Position numbers and translations under genes: made by a program. Of a stretch of 47,718 nt of DNA, positions 25,013 to 36,003 are shown one piece after another. Under the pieces are notes generated by a model that had not been told where the DNA came from, searched no databases, and saw only the letters and a list, made by a program, of their open reading frames with translations. Source of the DNA: Candidatus Shapirobacteria bacterium (GTDB lineage Bacteria > Patescibacteriota > Microgenomatia > UBA12405); contig JAGOPG010000001.1 of NCBI GenBank assembly GCA_017992115.1, positions 1 through 47,718 on the forward strand, given 5' to 3'. Numbering within the stretch: position 1 is the stretch's first letter; each line of letters begins with the position of its first letter.

Positions 25013-27685
25013 ATGTTTAAATTTATAAAAAACATTTTTGATGAAAATAAACACCAATTGGGTAGTTTTGCTCCAATAATTAATAAGATTAATTCATTGG
25101 AAGCAGAATATAAAAAACTTTCAGATAAAAAATTAAAAGATAAAACTGCAGAATTTAAAAAGCGATTGGAAAATGGAGAAACTTTAGATAATCTTTTGCC
25201 TGAAGCATATGCTGTTGTCCGTGAAGCCATCTTTAGAACTGTTGGCGAAAGAGCCTATGACGTCCAGTTGATGGCAGCCATTGCTTTGCATCGAGGCTCT
25301 GTTGCTGAGCAGAGGACTGGAGAGGGTAAAACCCACTCTGTTATTTTTCCAGCCTACCTAAACGCTCTTAGTGGCCTAGGAGTACATGTGGTTACTCCAA
25401 ATGATTACCTTACCCGTGTTGGTGCCGGGTGGTATCCAAAGGCACTTCATTTATTGGATATTAGTACAGCAGCTTTGGTTCATGAACAATCATTTTTATT
25501 TGATCCTGAATTTACCGATGAATCGGAAAAATTCGATGATCGATTGGCACATCTTCGCCCTATTTCCCGCCAAGAAGCCTATCAGGCAGATGTTACCTAT
25601 GGCACCAACAATGAATTTGGCTTTGATTATCTTCGCGACCACATGGTATCTGATTTTTCTCAAAAAGTTCAGCGTTCTGTTCACAATTTCGCCATCGTTG
25701 ATGAAGTTGATTTTGTACTCATTGATGAGGCCAGAACCCCACTAATAATTTCCTCACCAAACAATCAACCTACCGATAAATATTACAAATTTTCCCAAAT
25801 TGCCAATCAATTACAACCTACTGACTATGTTATTGATGAAAAGGCCAAATCGGCTACCTTATCCGAATTTGGGATTAGAAAGGTCGAAAAAATTTTAGGT
25901 GTCAACAATCTTTACGAAGAATCTTTCGATACTATTCACTATATTGAAAATGCCATCAAAGCTCAGGCACTTTTTCACAAAGACAAGGACTATGTTCTAA
26001 AAGATGGTGAAATCATTATTGTTGATGAATTTACTGGTCGACTTATGCACGGTCGTCGCTGGTCTGATGGCCTCCATCAGGCTGTTGAAGCCAAAGAGAA
26101 TGTTAAGGTTCAACAGGAATCCCAAACATGGGCTACCATTACTTTTCAAAATTATTTCCGCTTATATTCTAAACTTTCCGGTATGACAGGTACTGCTGCT
26201 ACAGAGGCGGAAGAGTTTAGAAAAATTTATAATCTCGAAGTAATCGTAATTCCTACAAACAAAATTACCCAAAGAACTGACGAAAACGATTTAATTTTCA
26301 AAACCCAGCGTGCTAAATATGCCGCTATTGCCTCCAAAATTGAAAAGCTTCACCAAAAAGGTCAACCCGTGCTTATTGGTACCACTAGTATTGCCAAAAA
26401 CGAAATTATTTCTTCCATGCTTCGAAACAAAAAAATATCCCATCAAATGCTTAATGCCAAGAATCACCAATCTGAAGCTGAAATAATTGCCAAAGCTGGC
26501 ATGAAAGGAGCCGTAACTGTAGCTACCAATATGGCTGGCCGGGGAGTCGATATTATTCTTGGAGGTCCAAAAGATAAAGTCTCTCCTGAAGAATGGCAAA
26601 AACAACATGATGAAATAGTTAATTTAGGGGGCCTTTATGTTATTGGTACTGAACGACATGAATCTCGTCGTATTGACAACCAATTGCGGGGGCGAAGTGG
26701 TCGTCAAGGGGATCCTGGTTTTTCTCAATTTTATGTAGCCCTTGACGATGACCTAATGCGTATTTTTGGTGGTGACAAAATTTCTGCTCTTATGGGACGT
26801 TTCAATATGCCCGAAGATACTCCTTTAACCCATCCTTTAGTTTCACGGGTTTTGGAACAAATTCAGGTAAAAGTTGAAGGCTACAATTTTGATGTCCGTA
26901 AATCCTTGGTTGAATATGACGATGTTATTAACAAGCAACGTCAAATTGTTTACCAGCTTCGTGATGAAACTCTAGCCAATGCCATAAATAATCCCGAAGA
27001 TAATAAAAAAAATATTTTCAGATATCTGCAAAAAGAAATTAATCGACTGGTTGGACAAAGTACCGATTATACCGGCAAAATAGACTATCAAAGGCTATCT
27101 TTAGAGTTTATGGAAATTTTACCTATGCCATCGGTTGTTCGCTCCCAACTGATAAAAGATCTTAAAAAGGCGGAAGATGTGACTAAACATTTAGAAAATA
27201 TGCTAACAGCTCAATGGGCTGAGCGAGAAAAATTTTTTGGTTCTCAAATGGCAAACAATATTTTATGTTATGCCGTCATTCAATCACTTGATCCTTTGTG
27301 GGTAGAACATTTAACCGCTTTAGATGATTTACGTGATGGTGTCCGTCTCCGCGGTTATGCTCAAAAAGATCCTCTCATAGAATATAGAAAAGAGGGTTTT
27401 GAAATGTTCCAATCGTTAATGGAACGTTTTGAGTCTAATCTTGCTCGGATGCTTTTCCGTCTCGAACCAGTGCCTTCACAATTTAATTCCCCAGCCTTAG
27501 CTTCGGAGGGTAGAGGAAAAATGATTACTCCTGATAATATCGATAATACCCAAAATAGTGGCGATGAATCATTAGAAATGCCCAAGCGTCAGCCGGTAGT
27601 TGCAAAAACTCTTGGCCGCAACGATCCATGCTGGTGTGGTTCCGGCAAAAAATGGAAAAAATGTCATTATCCAGATTTACAATAG
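25013..27685 (+). CDS. secA: preprotein translocase ATPase SecA
   Basis: DEAD motor motifs (RTGEGKT, VDEVDFVLIDEARTPLIIS, TNMAGRGVDI). The C-terminal zinc finger is CWCGSGKKWKKCH. Confidence 0.97.
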   Translation: MFKFIKNIFDENKHQLGSFAPIINKINSLEAEYKKLSDKKLKDKTAEFKKRLENGETLDNLLPEAYAVVREAIFRTVGERAYDVQLMAAIALHRGSVAEQRTGEGKTHSVIFPAYLNALSGLGVHVVTPNDYLTRVGAGWYPKALHLLDISTAALVHEQSFLFDPEFTDESEKFDDRLAHLRPISRQEAYQADVTYGTNNEFGFDYLRDHMVSDFSQKVQRSVHNFAIVDEVDFVLIDEARTPLIISSPNNQPTDKYYKFSQIANQLQPTDYVIDEKAKSATLSEFGIRKVEKILGVNNLYEESFDTIHYIENAIKAQALFHKDKDYVLKDGEIIIVDEFTGRLMHGRRWSDGLHQAVEAKENVKVQQESQTWATITFQNYFRLYSKLSGMTGTAATEAEEFRKIYNLEVIVIPTNKITQRTDENDLIFKTQRAKYAAIASKIEKLHQKGQPVLIGTTSIAKNEIISSMLRNKKISHQMLNAKNHQSEAEIIAKAGMKGAVTVATNMAGRGVDIILGGPKDKVSPEEWQKQHDEIVNLGGLYVIGTERHESRRIDNQLRGRSGRQGDPGFSQFYVALDDDLMRIFGGDKISALMGRFNMPEDTPLTHPLVSRVLEQIQVKVEGYNFDVRKSLVEYDDVINKQRQIVYQLRDETLANAINNPEDNKKNIFRYLQKEINRLVGQSTDYTGKIDYQRLSLEFMEILPMPSVVRSQLIKDLKKAEDVTKHLENMLTAQWAEREKFFGSQMANNILCYAVIQSLDPLWVEHLTALDDLRDGVRLRGYAQKDPLIEYRKEGFEMFQSLMERFESNLARMLFRLEPVPSQFNSPALASEGRGKMITPDNIDNTQNSGDESLEMPKRQPVVAKTLGRNDPCWCGSGKKWKKCHYPDLQ

Positions 27686-27737
27686 ATAATAATCTGCCTA
27701 TGGAGGACCACTATCCCGAATTAGGTTAAAATAAGCT

Positions 27738-28481
27738 ATGTTTAGTGACAGATTTTTTTCAAATAACCAGAAAGAAACTAAAAAAGTTTTAGCTCTTCCC
27801 AGAGCTTATGGTGAAACCAATATAGGACTTCGTCGGAGAAATAATGAAGACTCTCTTTTAATCTTTAATGCTGCTGATTTTCCTAACAAAAATTTACATA
27901 ATGTTTATGCCGTTACCGATGGTGTCGGTGGCTGCAAATATGGGGAAATCGCCGCTAAATTTATTACTTCATCTATTTCTAAATTTGCGACTAGAGGCCT
28001 ATACATTACCCGGGAAAGTCTCAAACAAATTGACTCTAGTATTGATATGGGGGCAAGTACTTTAGTTTTAGCTCAACAATCAAGAGAAAATCCCAATGAT
28101 TATCATATTTTTTCTGTTGGAGACAGTTCAGCCTTGATTATAGATACCCGACGGGGTACTTTAGAGGAAATTACCCGAAGAGATGAAAATGCTCAAGGTT
28201 TAGTAACTCAAGTTATGGGTCCGGAAGCCCCTTCTGTTCGATTTAACCGGGCCCATGAAAGCAGGGTTTTACTTAAACCTAATCAAACTTTAGTTTTAGC
28301 TACCGATGGTTTTACCCGATATATTGATAAAAAACAAATTACTGTTTCCCGCATTTTAAATCTTAGAAATCACAGTCAAAATGAATCAGATTTTGTCAAA
28401 TCACTTATCGACGAATGTAATCATCTTGGTGGTGTCGATAACATTACTATTATTAGCATTCCCCACCAACCTCAGCTATGA
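27738..28481 (+). CDS. PP2C-family Ser/Thr protein phosphatase
   Basis: RRNNEDS, AVTDGVGG, LATDGF and GGVDNITII are the PPM metal-binding motifs. Confidence 0.85.
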   Translation: MFSDRFFSNNQKETKKVLALPRAYGETNIGLRRRNNEDSLLIFNAADFPNKNLHNVYAVTDGVGGCKYGEIAAKFITSSISKFATRGLYITRESLKQIDSSIDMGASTLVLAQQSRENPNDYHIFSVGDSSALIIDTRRGTLEEITRRDENAQGLVTQVMGPEAPSVRFNRAHESRVLLKPNQTLVLATDGFTRYIDKKQITVSRILNLRNHSQNESDFVKSLIDECNHLGGVDNITIISIPHQPQL

Positions 28482-29476
28482 ACAATATTTACTCTCAAAT
28501 AAATTCTACTATCGACAATTCCCAGCATATTCTTCTTCATCTTCACCCTTCTCCCGACGCCGATTCTGTCGGTTCTGCACTGGCCTTTTACCACTATCTA
28601 AAAAGTATAAAGAAAAAAGTTACCTTAATTACCGGTGATTCCAGATTGTCACCCTCTCTTTCTCATCTTCCCGGAGCCAAAAAAATAATTACCAAAAATT
28701 TTTTTGATTTAGATTTAAATAAATTTGACCTTTTTATTATTCTCGATTCATCTGCCCCGGATCAAATATCTAAACTCGCTCCGGTTGTTTTCCCTGAAAC
28801 TATGAAAACGATTGTCATTGATCACCACGTAAGCAATGCCTCCTTTGGTGATCTCAATTTAATTGATATTGATTCTCCCGCTACCTGTCAAATTGTTTAT
28901 CATTTTTTTAAAGATAATTACATAAATATTACCCAAAAAATGGCTGCATGCCTTTTAGCTGGCATCTATACCGACACTGGTGGTTTTAAATACCCACCCA
29001 CTTCTTCAGAAACTTTTATGGTCGCTGCCGATCTTTCCAAAATTTATCCTAGTTTTACCCAAATGATTTTTGAAATAGAAAATAACGATAATCCAGAAAA
29101 TCTCCGTTTTTTAGGAAAAATTTTAAGTCAAATTGAAACATATTTTAATAATCATGTCGCTATTGCTTCAATTTCTCTTGAAGATATGCTTTCGGCTTCT
29201 CTTTCTCCCGATAACGCTACTGGTGGTATTGCCAACATGCTCAAATCAGTTGTCGGTTGGGATATCGCTATCTCCATGGTTGAAGTTGATACCAATAAAA
29301 TCAATGTTAGTTTTCGTACCCGAAATGCCAATAAATACGATGTTAGTAAAATTGCCTTAGCTACCGGTTTTGGCGGTGGTCATCGTGCTGCCTCTGGAGC
29401 AACCATTCCACTTTCTCTTCATGGCGCTAAAAAATTAGTTTTAGATACTATTAAAAAGTTATACCCAAATTTGTAA
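28478..29476 (+). CDS. DHH/DHHA1 phosphoesterase (NrnA-like nanoRNase/pAp phosphatase)
   Basis: HPSPDADSVGS, ILDSS, IDHH and GGGHRAASG motifs. Confidence 0.85.
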   Translation: MNNIYSQINSTIDNSQHILLHLHPSPDADSVGSALAFYHYLKSIKKKVTLITGDSRLSPSLSHLPGAKKIITKNFFDLDLNKFDLFIILDSSAPDQISKLAPVVFPETMKTIVIDHHVSNASFGDLNLIDIDSPATCQIVYHFFKDNYINITQKMAACLLAGIYTDTGGFKYPPTSSETFMVAADLSKIYPSFTQMIFEIENNDNPENLRFLGKILSQIETYFNNHVAIASISLEDMLSASLSPDNATGGIANMLKSVVGWDIAISMVEVDTNKINVSFRTRNANKYDVSKIALATGFGGGHRAASGATIPLSLHGAKKLVLDTIKKLYPNL

Positions 29477-29493
29477 AAAGTTTATAATTAACT

Positions 29494-29793
29494 ATGACCG
29501 ATTGTCTTTTTTGCAAAATTGTCGCTGGGGAAATTCCTTGTCAAAAAGTATACGAAGATGACAAATTTTTGGCATTTTTAGATATCAAACCTCAATCTCC
29601 CGGCCATACTTTACTTATTCCCAAAACCCACTATCGTTGGGTCTATGATGTTGAAAATTATTCTGAATTTTGGGAAAAAGCCCGTGAGATTGCTTTTCAA
29701 TTAAAAGATAAATATCAAGCTAAATTTATTAGTTTCCTCACTCTTGGAGACGAAATCCCCCATGCCCACATCCACCTTATCCCCAAATACTGA
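29494..29793 (+). CDS. HIT (histidine triad) family protein
   Basis: CLFCKI start. The histidine triad is HAHIHLIP. Confidence 0.88.
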   Translation: MTDCLFCKIVAGEIPCQKVYEDDKFLAFLDIKPQSPGHTLLIPKTHYRWVYDVENYSEFWEKAREIAFQLKDKYQAKFISFLTLGDEIPHAHIHLIPKY

Positions 29794-30031
29794 AAAGAAT
29801 AATCAATTGTTGATAGAAGTAAAAAAATTAACACAACAATTAGAGATATTAAACCAACCTTGGAAACAGGCGAAAAAATCTTTTTTAACTGGAATTTTTA
29901 CTGCGCTTGGATCAACCTTTGGAACTGTAATTGTTATTGGCGTTCTTGCATACATTTTTTCCAGATTACCTTTTACCAAAAACCTTATTGAACTTTTTAA
30001 AGATCCTAAAAATTTCTTCCCTAAAGTTTAG
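29744..30031 (+). CDS. small membrane protein, start uncertain
   Basis: One or two hydrophobic helices (FLTGIFTALGSTFGTVIVIGVLAYIF). The track start overlaps the HIT gene by 50 nt. In-frame TTG codons at 29807 and 29810 are alternative starts. The 3' end overlaps typA by 11 nt. Confidence 0.45.
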   Translation: METKSPMPTSTLSPNTEKNNQLLIEVKKLTQQLEILNQPWKQAKKSFLTGIFTALGSTFGTVIVIGVLAYIFSRLPFTKNLIELFKDPKNFFPKV

Positions 30032-31862
30032 CTCTTTGTGTTCTCACTCGGTCGACCTTGGTTAAATGCCTTTTTCTTAGCCTTACAGCTTTTGGTGTAA
30101 TATCAATTAATTCGTCAGCTTCAATAAAATCTAATGCTTCCTCAATACTATATTTTACCGCTGGAGCCAAAATAATCGCGTCATCGTTGCCAGCAGAGCG
30201 CATGTTAGTTAATTGTTTTCCTTTACAAACATTAATCTCCAAATCACCAATCACTGGCCTTAAACCCACAATTTGCCCCTCATATACTGGTTCTGTAGGT
30301 TCCACAAAAGTGATTCCCCGTTTTTGTGCTAAATCTAATCCAAAGGACAATGCTTTTCCACTTTCTGAGGCAATCATAACTCCGTTTCTATTTTTTAAAT
30401 TATCTTCATTTTTTAGTTCATATCCTAAAAACAGGAAGCTCAAAGACACCTGACCTCTAGTTTCAGTCATTAGATTACTTCGCAAACCAAGCGCATTCCT
30501 CTCCGAAATTTTATATATCATTTTTATGCCATCTTTTTCGTCTTTTGTCATATCCAACATTTCTGCTTTTCTTTTACCCATTTCCGCACTAATTGTACCT
30601 ACAAAATCTTCTGAAGTTAAAATAGTTAATTCTGAAAAAGGTTCATAATTCTTCCCTTCAATCGTTTTTAAAATTACTTCAGGTTTTCCTACTTCCATAG
30701 CAAAACCTTCTCGGCGTAACTTCTCAATTAATACTGCTAAATGTAATTCTCCTCGTCCAGAAACTACCATTCTAATACTGTCCTGAGAATCATCACTTAC
30801 TTTTAATCCCAAATTAGTTTCCGCTTCTTCCCGAAGTCTTTCCTTTAACTCGCGGCTTGTCAAAAACTTTGACTCATCTTTGGCAAAAATTGAACTATTT
30901 GGCCCAAATGATGCTTTTAATGTCGGTTCGGTAATATCTATAGTTGGCATTGCTACCTGATAGTGGATATCAGTCAAAGTTTGTCCAATTTTAATCTGGT
31001 TTATACCTGCTAAATATACAATTTCTCCTCTACTGGCTGATTCTGTTTCAATCTTATTTATTCCTTCATTAACATACATTTTTTCAATTTTAAAATTACC
31101 CAATGATTTCTGATCAGGATCTAAAAGCGATACATACATACCTTTTTTTATGGTTCCGTTATGTACTCTACCTACTGCTAATTTTCCTAAATATTCATTT
31201 TTTTCAAAAGATGAAACCAACATTTGAAAAGGAACGTCGTCATCACTATTTGCTTTTGGTATATATTCCAATATAGTTTCAAAGAGGGGAGTCATGTCAC
31301 CATTTTCAGTAAATTCAGTCGGCATTTTTTTAAAAGTTTTTCCTTCCTTACCAATAGCGTAAATTATTGGAAAATCTAACAAATTTTCATCAGCAGCCAA
31401 ACTTAAAAATAAGTTTTCTGTATCTTTTATTACTTTATTTACCTGTTGGTCTTTACGATCGATTTTGTTTATTACTAATATAATTTTTAAGCCATAATCC
31501 AGAGCTTTTTTTAAAACAAATTTAGTTTGTGACAATGGACCTTCAGCCGCATCTACAATCAACAGTGCGCCATCTGCCATATTCAAAACTCTCTCGACTT
31601 CACCGCCAAAATCAGCATGACCGGGAGTATCTATAATATTAATCTTTGTGTTTTTATAAAAAACAGAAGTATTTTTTGATAATATAGTAATTCCTTTTTC
31701 TCTCTCCAAATCGTCACTGTCCATAATCCTTGTCATTTGCATTTCATTTTGATTTTCACGAAAAGAGTGAGTTTGTTTCAACATTGCATCGACCAGTGTT
31801 GTTTTACCATGATCTACATGGGCAATTACGGCTATATTTCTGATATCATTGGCAGTTTGCAT
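30021..31862 (-). CDS. typA: translational GTPase TypA/BipA
   Basis: G motifs AHVDHGKTT, DTPGHADF and NKID, an EF-G-like domain order, and typical length (613 aa). Confidence 0.95.
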   Translation of the reverse strand: MQTANDIRNIAVIAHVDHGKTTLVDAMLKQTHSFRENQNEMQMTRIMDSDDLEREKGITILSKNTSVFYKNTKINIIDTPGHADFGGEVERVLNMADGALLIVDAAEGPLSQTKFVLKKALDYGLKIILVINKIDRKDQQVNKVIKDTENLFLSLAADENLLDFPIIYAIGKEGKTFKKMPTEFTENGDMTPLFETILEYIPKANSDDDVPFQMLVSSFEKNEYLGKLAVGRVHNGTIKKGMYVSLLDPDQKSLGNFKIEKMYVNEGINKIETESASRGEIVYLAGINQIKIGQTLTDIHYQVAMPTIDITEPTLKASFGPNSSIFAKDESKFLTSRELKERLREEAETNLGLKVSDDSQDSIRMVVSGRGELHLAVLIEKLRREGFAMEVGKPEVILKTIEGKNYEPFSELTILTSEDFVGTISAEMGKRKAEMLDMTKDEKDGIKMIYKISERNALGLRSNLMTETRGQVSLSFLFLGYELKNEDNLKNRNGVMIASESGKALSFGLDLAQKRGITFVEPTEPVYEGQIVGLRPVIGDLEINVCKGKQLTNMRSAGNDDAIILAPAVKYSIEEALDFIEADELIDITPKAVRLRKRHLTKVDRVRTQRAKL

Positions 31863-31891
31863 CCGACGATTTTACCACTAAAATATCCTTA

Positions 31892-32635
31892 ATGAAAACA
31901 GTTTCTATTCTTGTTTCTTGTCTCTTGCTTCTTTTCTCCTGTTCCTATTTTCTTTTTCATTTTCGACCCGGTTTACCCCAAAAACATCAGATACAAAATA
32001 TAGTTGAGGAAATTGCTCCAAAACCAACCGAAATTATAGAAGAGACTCAATTACCCGACCGCCACTTGATTAGGACTGCATTTATTCCCCAATCACCCGA
32101 AAAGAATTGGGATCAACCCTGGCAGGATGCTTGCGAAGAAGCATCCCTTTTAAATGTCTATTTTTATTATCAGGAACAAAAACCAGATATTCCCCAAATG
32201 CTTTCTGCCTTTCAGAAGCTTTTTGATTATCAGCAAGAAAAAAAATGGACTCACGATATTAACCTAACTCAAATGGCCACTATGTCCGCCGATTTATGGG
32301 GTTATCAAACTAAAATTGTTGAAAATCCTTCACTTGATGACATAAAAACTACCATTTCTCAGAATATTCCAGTGATAGCTACCGCCAATGGTAAAACCCT
32401 TTTTAAAGAAAATAAAAATTTTAAAAATGGTGGCCCTTGGTATCACTCACTTGTCATCCTTGGTTACGATGATGACCAACAACAATTTATTGTTCATGAC
32501 GTTGGCACTCGATTAGGAGCTTATTTTCGTTATAGCTATCAAATCTTATTAGAATCTATCCATGATTTACCTCCCTCACATAAAAAAGAAGATATAGATC
32601 AGGGTAGCTCTCGGGTACTTCTTTTGCTAAAATAA
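31892..32635 (+). CDS. exported papain-like cysteine peptidase-fold protein (Peptidase_C39_2-like)
   Basis: Signal/TM N-terminus. Candidate nucleophile in PWQDACEEASLL and His in WYHSLVILGYDD. Confidence 0.55.
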   Translation: MKTVSILVSCLLLLFSCSYFLFHFRPGLPQKHQIQNIVEEIAPKPTEIIEETQLPDRHLIRTAFIPQSPEKNWDQPWQDACEEASLLNVYFYYQEQKPDIPQMLSAFQKLFDYQQEKKWTHDINLTQMATMSADLWGYQTKIVENPSLDDIKTTISQNIPVIATANGKTLFKENKNFKNGGPWYHSLVILGYDDDQQQFIVHDVGTRLGAYFRYSYQILLESIHDLPPSHKKEDIDQGSSRVLLLLK

Positions 32636-32638
32636 ATA

Positions 32639-33217
32639 ATGAAAATTTTTATTGTCCTAATAACAGCTTTTCTTCTATCTGCCTGTGGCACCAAAAACAA
32701 CACTCAAACACCCATTACCCCCACCCCTCCTCCAGAATCAGAAACTATTACAATTTCCCCTAGTAAAGGGCAAAATAAAATTGAAAATATGGTCGGACTA
32801 AATACAAAAGACGGACAAATCGTCATCAAACTTTATGAAAAAGAGGCTCCCAACACCACTGCCAATTTCCTCAAAAAGGTTAACGACGGCTTTTACAATA
32901 ATCTCACATTTCACCGGGTAATTGAGGGATTTATGGCTCAAGGCGGTGATCCTACCGGTACCGGTATTGGTGGAAATCGGCAAAAATCAGAGTTAAACCA
33001 AATTCCATTTAAGCGAGGTAGTCTCGGTTTGGCTCGAACTGCAGATACAAAAGAATTCAGTAACGATTCTCAATTTTTTATTTGTTTTACTACCGAAGGT
33101 TGTCAACATTTAACCGGTGACTACGTTAATTTTGGAGAAGTTGTCTCCGGGCTTGATGTTTTGGATAAGATTGTTCAGGGCGACAAAATTATTTCCATGA
33201 CCACAGATACCAAATGA
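32639..33217 (+). CDS. cyclophilin-type peptidyl-prolyl isomerase, lipoprotein
   Basis: Lipobox LLSACG. Cyclophilin signature FHRVIEGFMAQGGDPTGTG..SLGLAR..SQFFI. Confidence 0.9.
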   Translation: MKIFIVLITAFLLSACGTKNNTQTPITPTPPPESETITISPSKGQNKIENMVGLNTKDGQIVIKLYEKEAPNTTANFLKKVNDGFYNNLTFHRVIEGFMAQGGDPTGTGIGGNRQKSELNQIPFKRGSLGLARTADTKEFSNDSQFFICFTTEGCQHLTGDYVNFGEVVSGLDVLDKIVQGDKIISMTTDTK

Positions 33218-33591
33218 AAAAAATAATAATTATTTTATTTATACTAGTTAGTATTGGAGCTTATATTATTTTTAAACCCCAAACACAGCAATCAGGGCAA
33301 GCTTTTCCTGATTCAGATGCTGATATAATTTTATTCTCTAGTCAAACTTGTCCACATTGCCAAAAAGTTGAAGCCTATATTGCTGAAAACAACCTTAATT
33401 CTCGCCTAAAAATTGCAAAAAAACCAGTCGACAACAATTCTCAAAATCAAAATCTAATGCTTGAAACTGTTGCCAAATGTCCGGAAATTGATAGTTCCCA
33501 AGGTATTGGCGTTCCCTTGGCCTATAGTGTTGCGGAAAATAAATGTCTATATGGTGATACTCCGATCATTAATTGGTTTGAAGGCAAGTGA
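33214..33591 (+). CDS. membrane-anchored thioredoxin/glutaredoxin-fold protein (CPHC)
   Basis: N-terminal TM helix, then ILFSSQTCPHCQKVEAYI, a CxxC redox motif in a glutaredoxin-like context. Confidence 0.65.
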   Translation: MKKIIIILFILVSIGAYIIFKPQTQQSGQAFPDSDADIILFSSQTCPHCQKVEAYIAENNLNSRLKIAKKPVDNNSQNQNLMLETVAKCPEIDSSQGIGVPLAYSVAENKCLYGDTPIINWFEGK

Positions 33592-33603
33592 TACACTAGT
33601 TTA

Positions 33604-33951
33604 GTGGCAAAAAAACATAAAAAACGTAAATTTCATCTTAGTATTGGGGTAATTATACGTTGGCTTATTTTTGCCTTTTTGTTTTATTTAGCTATAGGTT
33701 ATCTTTCCGTTAATCATTTCAATTCAAAATCAAAATTAAAACTAGACTTACCATCTGCTACCACCTCGGCTATAATATCCGAAGCTGATACTCAAAACCT
33801 CCAGCAAAAATTTATTTATTATCAGGACCAAGCTATTATCTATATTGAAAAACAATTGGCGGAAATAAAAAAAGGTCTTGTTACTAAAATTTACGACGAT
33901 ATTATAAATAGTATAGACAAAAAAAATGAAGCCACAGGATCTGCAAACTAA
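33604..33951 (+). CDS. hypothetical membrane-anchored protein
   Basis: GTG start, a basic N-terminus followed by one TM helix. No recognisable family. Confidence 0.45.
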   Translation: MAKKHKKRKFHLSIGVIIRWLIFAFLFYLAIGYLSVNHFNSKSKLKLDLPSATTSAIISEADTQNLQQKFIYYQDQAIIYIEKQLAEIKKGLVTKIYDDIINSIDKKNEATGSAN

Positions 33952-34996
33952 ACTTGAATTTATAAAAAATAAGTTGAATTACTCTCAGATTTTAGAGTCC
34001 GAAAGTAAATTAAAACTTAAAAGCCAGGATCAATCCCTTTGGTCTAATCCTTCCGATGCCGGTAAAATAATGCAGGAACTTTCTGATTTTCAAAAAACCA
34101 TTACCACCATTTCTACTCTCGAAAAAGAACTAACTGACCTACTCGAATTTACCAAACTTTTAGAAGAAAACCCTGACTCTTCTTTGGAAAAAGAATTGGA
34201 CGACCGCCTCGATGTTGCCTCTAAAGACATTGAAGAATTGGAATTAAAAACGTATTTATCCGGTAAATATGATAAAAATGATGCAATACTTTCCATTCAC
34301 GCTGGTCAAGGAGGTACCGAAGCTATGGATTGGGCATCTATGCTTCAACGGATGTATGTTCGTTATTTTGAAAAAAAATCGTGGAAACATGAACTATTAG
34401 ACATGACTTCGGGTGATGAGGCTGGAATAAAATCTGTTTCATTTAAAATCACTTATCCTTTTGCCTATGGATATCTCCGCGGGGAAAATGGGGTACATCG
34501 TTTAGTTCGCTTGTCGCCGTTTAACGCTGACCAACTTCGACAAACTTCTTTTGCCAAGGTAGAGGTCTCTCCTGTTATAGAAAACAGCAATGAAGTCGAT
34601 ATTCATCCAGATGAAATTGAATTCAGTGCCTTTAGAGCAGGCGGTCATGGTGGACAAAACGTTAACAAAGTCTCTACTGCCGTTCGTCTCGTTCATAAAC
34701 CCACGGGTATTACCGTCTCTTGTCAAAGTCAACGTTCTCAAGATCAAAATCGACTTATAGCCATGCAAATGTTAGCCGGAAAACTTTGGGCAATTAAAGA
34801 GGCAGAAATGAATGCGGAAAAAAAAGATATAAAAGGAGAAAATGTTCTTGCAGGTTGGGGTCATCAAATACGTTCCTATGTTCTCCACCCTTATAAAATG
34901 GTTAAAGATTTGCGGACTCAATACGAAACTTCGGATACTACAGCAGTATTAGACGGTGATTTGGATAATTTTATTAATGCCGAACTTAAATTATGA
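33926..34996 (+). CDS. prfB: peptide chain release factor 2, encoded in a single frame
   Basis: The RF2 tripeptide SPF (VRLSPFNA) and the GGQ loop ([13 protein letters not shown]). The reading frame is continuous from the N-terminus. Confidence 0.93.
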   Translation: MKPQDLQTKLEFIKNKLNYSQILESESKLKLKSQDQSLWSNPSDAGKIMQELSDFQKTITTISTLEKELTDLLEFTKLLEENPDSSLEKELDDRLDVASKDIEELELKTYLSGKYDKNDAILSIHAGQGGTEAMDWASMLQRMYVRYFEKKSWKHELLDMTSGDEAGIKSVSFKITYPFAYGYLRGENGVHRLVRLSPFNADQLRQTSFAKVEVSPVIENSNEVDIHPDEIEFSAFRAGGHGGQNVNKVSTAVRLVHKPTGITVSCQSQRSQDQNRLIAMQMLAGKLWAIKEAEMNAEKKDIKGENVLAGWGHQIRSYVLHPYKMVKDLRTQYETSDTTAVLDGDLDNFINAELKL

Positions 34997-36003
34997 AAAC
35001 ACTATCTAAAATATTCTTGCTTCTTGTTTCTTGTCTCCTGCTACTTGTTGTATTTGTTTTTTCCCAATGGTCCAGACAAACGGGACTAAATTCCAAATAT
35101 TGGCGCAGTACCTTATTTAGTGCTCTAAAGACTTCTACCCAGCCGACTCTAAACATAATGATTCTGGGTCTCGATAAGCGTGACGATAGTTTAGAACATA
35201 GCTCGGTAACGGATACTATTATTTTAGCTCACGCAGATTTTCAAAAAGGGACTATTCATATTTTTTCACTACCTCGTGATTTATGGGATTATTCCCTAAA
35301 TTCTAAAATAAACGAAATTTATCCAAATTCCTTAAAATTAACCGACAAATACGAACAGTTTAACTACATTAAAAATAATTTCAGCCGTATTACTGGTCAA
35401 AAAATTGATAATGTCTTAGTTTTAACCACTGACAATTTAAAAGAATTGGCAGATTTATTAGGTGGTGTTGACTTGTATTTAGAAAATTCTTTTATTGATT
35501 ACAAATATCCCAACCCAGACTACGTAAAAAATCCTTCTCCAAGTATTCCTGTCTACAAAACAGTTGAATTTAAAACAGGCTGGAATCATTTAGACAGTAC
35601 TAATATTACTGAGTTTGTTCGTTCACGCAAAAGTGCTGATACCGCCGCTGCTGGTGGCACCGATTTAGGTCGCTTAGAACGCCAGCAACAACTTATTAAT
35701 GTTCTTTTAGATGCTCTAAAGACTGATTTAAAACCAAAACAACTTCCTCGCCTCTATCAATTTTGGCAAAGCCTAGAACATGATTTTTATGATTCAGAAA
35801 TCTTGGCATACATAATCAAAAATTACAAAATTATCAGCAGTCTAAAAATTCAACGTCACTCTTTATCAGCCGGTGAAAACCCCCAAAATAATCTTTTTTA
35901 CCACCCTCAAAAATTTATCAACAAACAATGGGTTTTTCTAACGAAAAATCGCGATTTTACCGATTTACATCAGGCTATAAAAGATAAAATTGATGAGTCC
36001 TAA
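34993..36003 (+). CDS. LytR-CpsA-Psr (LCP) family protein, second copy
   Basis: TM anchor. [31 protein letters not shown] and [19 protein letters not shown]. Confidence 0.85.
   Translation: MKTLSKIFLLLVSCLLLLVVFVFSQWSRQTGLNSKYWRSTLFSALKTSTQPTLNIMILGLDKRDDSLEHSSVTDTIILAHADFQKGTIHIFSLPRDLWDYSLNSKINEIYPNSLKLTDKYEQFNYIKNNFSRITGQKIDNVLVLTTDNLKELADLLGGVDLYLENSFIDYKYPNPDYVKNPSPSIPVYKTVEFKTGWNHLDSTNITEFVRSRKSADTAAAGGTDLGRLERQQQLINVLLDALKTDLKPKQLPRLYQFWQSLEHDFYDSEILAYIIKNYKIISSLKIQRHSLSAGENPQNNLFYHPQKFINKQWVFLTKNRDFTDLHQAIKDKIDES

Noticed and set aside
33926-34996. Looked for the programmed +1 frameshift (CUU UGA C) typical of many prfB genes
   Set aside because: The RF2 frame is continuous from Met1 through SPF and GGQ, so no frameshift site is present. 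This is ordinary for a minority of bacteria.
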